NCBI GenBank assembly: GCA_965222375.1
Contig: CBDCTZ010000014.1
Coordinates: 896,001 to 960,000, forward strand
Reading direction: 5' to 3'
DNA from: Polyangiaceae bacterium
GTDB taxonomy: Bacteria > Myxococcota_A > Polyangia > Polyangiales > Polyangiaceae
Length of the DNA stretch: 64,000 bases
The notes below the pieces were generated by a model. That model saw nothing but the letters and a program-made list of their open reading frames with translations. It was not told the DNA's origin and searched no databases. A program made the translations under genes and the position numbers. Every line of letters begins with the position of its first letter. Positions within the stretch are counted from its first letter, which is position 1. Positions 58,073 to 64,000 of this stretch are shown piece after piece.

Positions 58073-59331
58073 TGTTGTTGAGGCGGGTCCTGGTTGGGCT
58101 CGGATTGCCCCTCGCGCTGGCGCTCGCCGGCGCCTGCGGCACGGACGATCAACGCGGTGTCGCTCAGAATACCGGTGGCAGTGGCGCCCAAGGAGGAGGT
58201 AGCGGCGGCGTCATCGATGGCGGCGGTGGCGGTGCGGGTGGCTTCGCTGGCACTTGCGCGGTTGCCAGCGGGGACGTCGCTCCCAGCCCCGTGGACGTGA
58301 TCATCACCATCGATCAGTCCGCGAGCATGGGTGAAGAAACCGACGGCGTGATCAACAACTTGAACACGAGCTTGGCTAGCGTGCTCAAATCGTCGGGTAT
58401 CGACTACCGGGTCATCTTCGTGACGGGCGTTGCTGGTTTGCCCACAGGCCCCGAGTTTTTTCAGGCGAAAGCCAACGTAAACAGCTCGGATGCTCTCACG
58501 CTCCTGTTGTGGAGCTACGATGGCAACTACAAGAAGCCGAACACTTGCGAGAAGACACCACAGGCGGGCTTGGCATGGAAGGACAAGCTTCGCTACGAAG
58601 CGCAAAAGGTCTTCATTGCCGTCACCGACGACGACCCGGTCAGCTTCAACTGCGCGAATGCTGCTGCGAAGTGCACCACCAACTGCAGTGGTTGCGCGAG
58701 CAGCTGCGCGGGCTACTGCCCCTCCTTCCAGTGCCCGACCTTTGCCGACAAGGCCGCCGAATGGCCCGGAGGCGCGGACTTCCCAACGGAGCTCTACAAG
58801 CTTGCGCCCGCCGGCCAGTTCGGAACCGCCGCACGACCGAAATGGGTGATGCACTCGATCGTGCCCGTGGACAAGCAATACGGTCCCAGCGATCCCCTGA
58901 CGCCCCTGAACCAGGTCTGCAACGACAACGGCAACACCGGAGAAACCAGCGGCGTCGAATACCAGAAGCTCTCCAAGCTGACCGGCGGTTTGCGCTTTCC
59001 GAGCTGCAACACGGACTACTCGCCGGTGTTCAAGGAGATCGCGGCGACCATCGTGCCCTTGGCCTGCACCTTCCTCTTGGAGAGCACGACCCTGGGTACC
59101 CCGGATCCAAAAAAGACCAATGTTAACGTGGATTTAGGGGACGGAAGCGGGCCCAAGGTGATTCCCAAAGATGACACGGCTCCTTGCGAAGCGGGCGCCG
59201 AAGGTTGGCAGTTCACTTACAACAACGGCGCCGTGCGGCTGTGTGGATCCTTGTGCACCAAGATCCAGAACAGCCCCAGTGCGAAGGTCAGCGTGACCCT
59301 GGGCTGCGACACGCAACAAGTCGTCAAGTAA
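58069..59331 (+). CDS. vWA-domain Cys-rich lipoprotein (CglB-like)
   Basis: LAGAC lipobox, PVDVIITIDQSASM (MIDAS), VTDDD and a Cys-rich insert. Confidence 0.75.
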   Translation: MMLLRRVLVGLGLPLALALAGACGTDDQRGVAQNTGGSGAQGGGSGGVIDGGGGGAGGFAGTCAVASGDVAPSPVDVIITIDQSASMGEETDGVINNLNTSLASVLKSSGIDYRVIFVTGVAGLPTGPEFFQAKANVNSSDALTLLLWSYDGNYKKPNTCEKTPQAGLAWKDKLRYEAQKVFIAVTDDDPVSFNCANAAAKCTTNCSGCASSCAGYCPSFQCPTFADKAAEWPGGADFPTELYKLAPAGQFGTAARPKWVMHSIVPVDKQYGPSDPLTPLNQVCNDNGNTGETSGVEYQKLSKLTGGLRFPSCNTDYSPVFKEIAATIVPLACTFLLESTTLGTPDPKKTNVNVDLGDGSGPKVIPKDDTAPCEAGAEGWQFTYNNGAVRLCGSLCTKIQNSPSAKVSVTLGCDTQQVVK

Positions 59332-59369
59332 CCCGGCGCGGGGGTTCCGCCGGTGGGGGCCCGGCGCGA

Positions 59370-59798
59370 TCAGGAGCCCGGCTCGAGGCGCTTGACCATG
59401 TCCGCCGCCTCGTCTCGATCCAGCTCGAGGACTTCCGCGGTCTCCATGATCAGCTCGCGTTCGCTGGTGCGAATGATGCCGTCCGCCGCCATGACTTGAA
59501 TCGCCAGGTCGAGGGCGACTTTGCGAGCGCCAGCGTCGGGTAGGCGAGCTTTGACCGCCTCGAGGCGCGCTGCGCGACCAGAGCTGGCCAGATTCTTTTG
59601 GCAGTCATCGATGAGCGTGTTCAGTCTGTCCACGTTCAAGCGATCGTCGGTTAGAGACTGCACGCTGCTCTTGAAGTGGACCTTTTCGGCCTCCGAGAAT
59701 TCCTCGTCGGCGTAGGCTGCCAAGAACATCATCTCCACGAGCGCATCGAGTTTGTCGTCGGAGAGGCCTTTTGCGGCGGACATATCGGGCTGAGTCAT
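59370..59798 (-). CDS. TerB family protein
   Basis: AAYADEEFSEAE..MAADGIIRTSE. Confidence 0.8.
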   Translation of the reverse strand: MTQPDMSAAKGLSDDKLDALVEMMFLAAYADEEFSEAEKVHFKSSVQSLTDDRLNVDRLNTLIDDCQKNLASSGRAARLEAVKARLPDAGARKVALDLAIQVMAADGIIRTSERELIMETAEVLELDRDEAADMVKRLEPGS

Positions 59799-59935
59799 TC
59801 TGGCGCAAGCGTACCCAAATTTTCCGATGTGGGATAGCAAGAGTGGGTTGGCACGATTCCGCAAGCAATCGGAATTGTGAGCGAATCCGATTCGCGGGTT
59901 TTCGGATCGAAAAAGCGTCCCTAAGGTCTGGCGTC

Positions 59936-60739
59936 ATGGATCCACTTACGCTTCCCCAACTCTTGCTCGCTCTGACCGTGGCTCACGGGCATCCCGGACG
60001 TTCGCCCTACTCCGCCGAAGCGATGCCCGAGTGCGGGCGTGACAAGAAGCAGCCGACCTGCGCCATCGCGCCGCTCTGTCCGGAGCCAGCACCCCAGTGT
60101 CGCCGACCCCGCTTTTCCCGGGCCCGGGGCGCCTGGGTACGCATGGAACGCAAAGAAACCGCCCAAAAACGCTTCGCCGGCATTGCCAAGGCCCTGGACA
60201 AGACCGCCAAGAGACTCACCAGCTGCAAGGACGACGACACCCGCTGTGAGCCGGTTGACTGGCCCGGCAGCACCAAGAGTCTGGCCCTGGCCACCCTCGC
60301 GGTGGCGCTCCATGAGTCGGGCCTGCGTGAGGACGTGCAGTTCGGACACCCGCCGCTGGGGCGAGGCCCCCAGGGTGAGGCTTGCTTGGTTCAAGTTGCC
60401 TTGAGTCAAGCACCTCGCTACGCGAGCTGGCTGCCGCAGTCGGAGCGGCAGCGTATCGCCGACAGTCCGAGCCGGCGCGAGAAGCTAGCCAAGAGTCTGC
60501 TCGGCGACAGCCCGAAGGCCCTTTCACGCTGCTTCGAGGTTGGCATGCGAATGTTGGCTCGCTCCCGGGCGGCGTGTGGCAGAGCCGGCGTGCCCTGGGC
60601 TTTCGGGATGTTCAGCATGTATGGCGGCGGCAAGAGCTGCAACGTCCCGCCCATCGGCAAAACCCGCGGAAAGACGTTTCAACGTCTGACTGCGGCACGC
60701 CCGAAGCTGGACGATCGGCTCAAGGCGTTACTGCGCTGA
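59936..60739 (+). CDS. Hypothetical secreted protein with lysozyme/SLT-like motif
   Basis: VALHESG..GEACLVQV resembles the ES..GLMQ motif. Confidence 0.6.
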   Translation: MDPLTLPQLLLALTVAHGHPGRSPYSAEAMPECGRDKKQPTCAIAPLCPEPAPQCRRPRFSRARGAWVRMERKETAQKRFAGIAKALDKTAKRLTSCKDDDTRCEPVDWPGSTKSLALATLAVALHESGLREDVQFGHPPLGRGPQGEACLVQVALSQAPRYASWLPQSERQRIADSPSRREKLAKSLLGDSPKALSRCFEVGMRMLARSRAACGRAGVPWAFGMFSMYGGGKSCNVPPIGKTRGKTFQRLTAARPKLDDRLKALLR

Positions 60740-60836
60740 GACCGGTGTGGCCAATAGGCTCAAGGCATTACTGCGCTGAGGCCGGTGTGGCCAATAGGCT
60801 CAAGGCATTACTGCGCTGAGGCCGGTGTGGCCAATG
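60717..60836 (+). repeat. 40-bp tandem repeat, three copies
   Basis: GGCTCAAGGCRTTACTGCGCTGAGRCCGGTGTGGCCAATR at 60717, 60757 and 60797. Confidence 0.92.
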
Positions 60837-60839
60837 GGC

Positions 60840-62108
60840 CTACTTCGCTGAGATGAGCGTGCCACCGGCTGCGAGGTTTTGCTTGCCCTCGGGAGACTGC
60901 ATGAAGCGGACAATCAGGTGAGTAACGCCGAGTAGCACGAGGCCACTCAATAGAGCTGCGCCTGCACACAGCGCGAACAGGACTGTGCGCGCACCTAGCG
61001 AAGAGCTCAGCGCGGCGTGCACGATGAAGGAGGGCACCGACGCCGCGGCCAGCCACACCCCCGCGCCGAGGGATGCGAAGCGTTGCGGCAAATGACCCAC
61101 GGCAACCGAAAACAGGACCGGCCCTGCCACAGCTTCGCCGACCGCCATCAACGCCAGCGCCACCGAGACGGTCAGCTCCGACGGGCTGCCCATGCTTACG
61201 GCCAGCAGGTAGGGAGTTGCGCCCAGGCCGACGATGCACAGGCCCGCGCCGCCCAGATATAGTGGGGAAAAGCGGGCGCGAAGGAAGTGCAGGATGACCA
61301 AGGCTGCCAGCAGCACGGCGTCACACAGCACGACGACCAGCGGGTTCAATTTCAGCAGCGCCCCGATCCGTGTCGCAGGCGCACCAGCGCTGGATAGGGC
61401 CTCCCAGAAGTCACCGGTCAGGCTCAGGGCCAATCCGTAGGGGACCGCGAGAATCATCAATCCGGCGGCCAACAGCGCCGCTCTGCGTCCCGGCGGGTCA
61501 CCTGCTTCCGGTTCCGGGCGCTTGTCGCGGAGCGCGTAGTCGACGATCGCAACGGCGACAGTGAGCAAGAACGCAAGCACGATGAGCGCTGCAGCACCGA
61601 TCAACACAGGCTTGGTATCGGTGGCTGCGCTCAGGGCACCCGCCGAGGTCGTGGACAGGAGTGCGGACAGGTTGACGGCGCCGTACATGGTCACGAAGGC
61701 CGCCGCGCGCAGATATGAGTGCCGATGCGATAGCTCGTCGGCACACAAGCCATACAGAGTTGGTTTGAGCAAACCGCCGCCCAGGGCAATGATGCCAATG
61801 CCAAGCGATGCGACGAAGGGGCCATCGCTGAAGGGCAGCATGACGTACCCAAACAGCATGATGACCACTCCCGCCGCCGCTGTGAGGGGAGCCCGAAGCA
61901 AGATGGCGAGGGCGCCGCCGACAATCGGCGTGAGCGCGCCAAATGCGGTCACGTAGCCCAACTGCTTCATCGCCTCCGAGGCTGAGGATGTGTCCGACAT
62001 GAGATGAATCGGAAGTATGGAGCGCATGCCGTAGTAGGCCGCACGCTCGGCGGCGACAACTCCCACACATAGAGCGATCAGGACGGCGGCTCGGGTCCAA
62101 GACTTCAT
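60840..62108 (-). CDS. POT/PTR-like MFS transporter
   Basis: AERAAYYGMRS (ExxERFxYY-like), GGGLLKP and about 12 TM segments. Confidence 0.82.
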   Translation of the reverse strand: MKSWTRAAVLIALCVGVVAAERAAYYGMRSILPIHLMSDTSSASEAMKQLGYVTAFGALTPIVGGALAILLRAPLTAAAGVVIMLFGYVMLPFSDGPFVASLGIGIIALGGGLLKPTLYGLCADELSHRHSYLRAAAFVTMYGAVNLSALLSTTSAGALSAATDTKPVLIGAAALIVLAFLLTVAVAIVDYALRDKRPEPEAGDPPGRRAALLAAGLMILAVPYGLALSLTGDFWEALSSAGAPATRIGALLKLNPLVVVLCDAVLLAALVILHFLRARFSPLYLGGAGLCIVGLGATPYLLAVSMGSPSELTVSVALALMAVGEAVAGPVLFSVAVGHLPQRFASLGAGVWLAAASVPSFIVHAALSSSLGARTVLFALCAGAALLSGLVLLGVTHLIVRFMQSPEGKQNLAAGGTLISAK

Positions 62109-63166
62109 GACGCCGGTGCTTCGCGTACGAAGAATGGCTCTTTGGTGAACGCCCGCACGATCTCCGTCGCGTAGCTGCCGGCAGGCAGAAAGAAGCGCAG
62201 GATGAGGGTGTTTTCGGCCTCGGCGCTGACTTGAAGGTCCGTAGGATAAACCAGCAGATCTCGTCGAGTTCCCGGTGCACGGCGCGACATTTGGCCCAGA
62301 GTGTCTGCGGAGAGTTCCAGCTCTCGAAGAACTTCTTGCTCGAGTTGTTGGGCTTGCCCCGCCGAGGCTCGCATCTTGGGACCGACCATCGGCCCCGTCA
62401 GGAAGATGTCTTGGGCTTGCAAGCGCTCTTGCTCCTTGTCTGCGTCTTCCACCACGAACATGGAGCGCACGCCCGCGAGCCGTACCACCTCGCCGGCCAG
62501 CAGTCGCGTGAGATCTTGGGCCTGACGCCGCAAGGCGTAGCGATTGAAGATCTCGGATTGAACCACACTTGGGAGGAACTTGAGTTCAAAGCGGGTTAAG
62601 CGTCGTTTGCAGCCTCCTCGCACCCAGCCCAGAGCACGCTCCAGATTGCCACCGCCGAGACCAAAGCGCTGGCTGCCGAACACGTTGAGCAACCCCGCGG
62701 TTTCGATCCGCTTTGCAAGGGGCTGGGCCGCCTGCAGGGCACCGTTGGCCACGCCGACCAGGCGAATCCGAAAGCGGTTGCCGCGCAGCTGCCCCGTTCG
62801 CAACTTGGTGCGATCGAGGACGTGCTCTAGCACCTCCACACCATCTATCGACTGCCAGGTCTCCGGCGACGGCGACTGTGCTGGCAGGGAAAGCCATTGG
62901 CTCGTGATAGCGTTCTTGTCCTTCATTCCCGCCGTACCGATGTCGCGGTCTCGCTGCCCCGTGGCCCGTGCGACGCGGACAACGGCCTCCCGGGTGGTCA
63001 GGCCGACCTTGCGAATGCGAACCAAGCGATGCTCGCCCGCTCCCTCCGGCTGTCGGTCCAGCTCCTCGTCAACGACGAAGTCTTCGGCGGCCTCGCCCAT
63101 CCGTCCGCCAGTGCCTGTCAGGTCCGGGTGAGTTGCCGGGGGTTCGACCGGGCTGGCGACAGTCAT
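62105..63166 (-). CDS. truD: tRNA pseudouridine(13) synthase
   Basis: EDFVVDE, AGMKDKNAITSQW, GNRFRI, FGSQRFG and FFLPAGSYAT. Confidence 0.93.
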   Translation of the reverse strand: MTVASPVEPPATHPDLTGTGGRMGEAAEDFVVDEELDRQPEGAGEHRLVRIRKVGLTTREAVVRVARATGQRDRDIGTAGMKDKNAITSQWLSLPAQSPSPETWQSIDGVEVLEHVLDRTKLRTGQLRGNRFRIRLVGVANGALQAAQPLAKRIETAGLLNVFGSQRFGLGGGNLERALGWVRGGCKRRLTRFELKFLPSVVQSEIFNRYALRRQAQDLTRLLAGEVVRLAGVRSMFVVEDADKEQERLQAQDIFLTGPMVGPKMRASAGQAQQLEQEVLRELELSADTLGQMSRRAPGTRRDLLVYPTDLQVSAEAENTLILRFFLPAGSYATEIVRAFTKEPFFVREAPAS

Positions 63167-64000
63167 TTGCCGTGCTTTTTGACCGCAAACCCCAGGGCGC
63201 GGATCAAGTCGTCGTCCGCCGTGTCTGTCGGACCAGACAAGTCCAGCTCTTCGATGCCCAAGATGAGCAGCTCGGGATCCGAGGACCGAACTGCGGCTTT
63301 CGGCACACGGACGCTTCGCCGGTCGAGGGGCACGGCGCGCTCTGCACCCCGGGCGCAGTCGACCACCACCGCCGCGATATTGTCGGGCGCGCCAGCTGCA
63401 TTGCCACGCGCGATCAGCGCGCTGACGGCATCCTCAGGGCTAGACTCGGTGTTGAGTACCTCCGCGAGTTCCCAAGCTGGTAGCGGCGAGCTGACTCCGT
63501 CCGTGCATAGCAAGTAGCGGTCTCCGGCGACAACCGGACGAGTTTGCACTGAGACTCGCAGCTCTTCTCCCATACCGATGGCGCGGGTCACGACATGTCG
63601 CGGAAGATTGGCGAGTACCGCGTCGTCCAAGTCTGGCCGTTTCTCCAGGATGTCCATGCCGATGGAGTGATCCACCGTAAGCAACTCCAGGTGACCGCCG
63701 CGCAATCGATAGCAACGGCTGTCACCGACATGGGCGATGTGCACCTTGGTGCCATCTTCGGAGAAGTACGCAGCAACTAGAGTCGTGCCCATGCCCTTCG
63801 TGCTCTGGGCGGCACGAGCAATGCTGGTCACGTCATGATGGGCCCGGTGAAACGCTTGGGAGAGCAGGCGTGCTTCGGGGTCAACAGAAAGGTGCGACAG
63901 CGCCCGAGCGCTGGCCGGAGCGTGCGCGGCGTTCTTCTCGATGTGCTTCGCGACCGAGCGCGCGGCGGCCTCCGCGGCAACGTCTCCGGCTTCGTGTCCG
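63163..64000 (-). CDS. PP2C-family Ser/Thr phosphatase (5' end outside the window)
   Basis: GHEAGDVAA, GMGTT, AHVGDSR, LLCTDG and DNI. Confidence 0.9.
   Translation of the reverse strand, partial: GHEAGDVAAEAAARSVAKHIEKNAAHAPASARALSHLSVDPEARLLSQAFHRAHHDVTSIARAAQSTKGMGTTLVAAYFSEDGTKVHIAHVGDSRCYRLRGGHLELLTVDHSIGMDILEKRPDLDDAVLANLPRHVVTRAIGMGEELRVSVQTRPVVAGDRYLLCTDGVSSPLPAWELAEVLNTESSPEDAVSALIARGNAAGAPDNIAAVVVDCARGAERAVPLDRRSVRVPKAAVRSSDPELLILGIEELDLSGPTDTADDDLIRALGFAVKKHGK

Noticed and set aside
59849..59863. Sigma-54 promoter TGGCACGATTCCGCA
   Set aside because: GG-to-GC spacing is one base short of the -24/-12 consensus.
60717..60836. CRISPR array
   Set aside because: Contiguous tandem units with no unique spacers.

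Overview
High-GC bacterial chromosomal segment, most consistent with a Polyangiales-type myxobacterium (inferred from many Cys-rich lipoproteins with Gly/Ser linkers, a MopE-like repeat protein and a CglB-like vWA lipoprotein). Recognisable genes include nadE, a Dpp/Opp-type ABC system, an L,D-transpeptidase, a MutH-like nuclease, a radical SAM enzyme, TetR plus acyl-CoA dehydrogenase, polB, a VapBC pair, an M1 peptidase, hemerythrin, an ABC-F ATPase, truD and a PP2C phosphatase. Downstream of polB (about 32.7-36.6 kb) is a decayed island holding Y1/RAYT, IS66, Pnkp and IS1111 remnants. The strongest signal is a complete IS110-family (IS1111-type) element at 47938-49554. It has sub-terminal inverted repeats and a GA core, and its 3' non-coding region folds into a bridge/seek-RNA-like structure whose loops match the reconstructed target and donor sites. 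The donor-guide segment is tandemly duplicated (28 bp, period 60), and an orphan right end at about 36.1 kb sits against the same hairpin target. No rRNA, intact tRNA or CRISPR array was found. All calls rest on motifs read by eye; no database searches were run.
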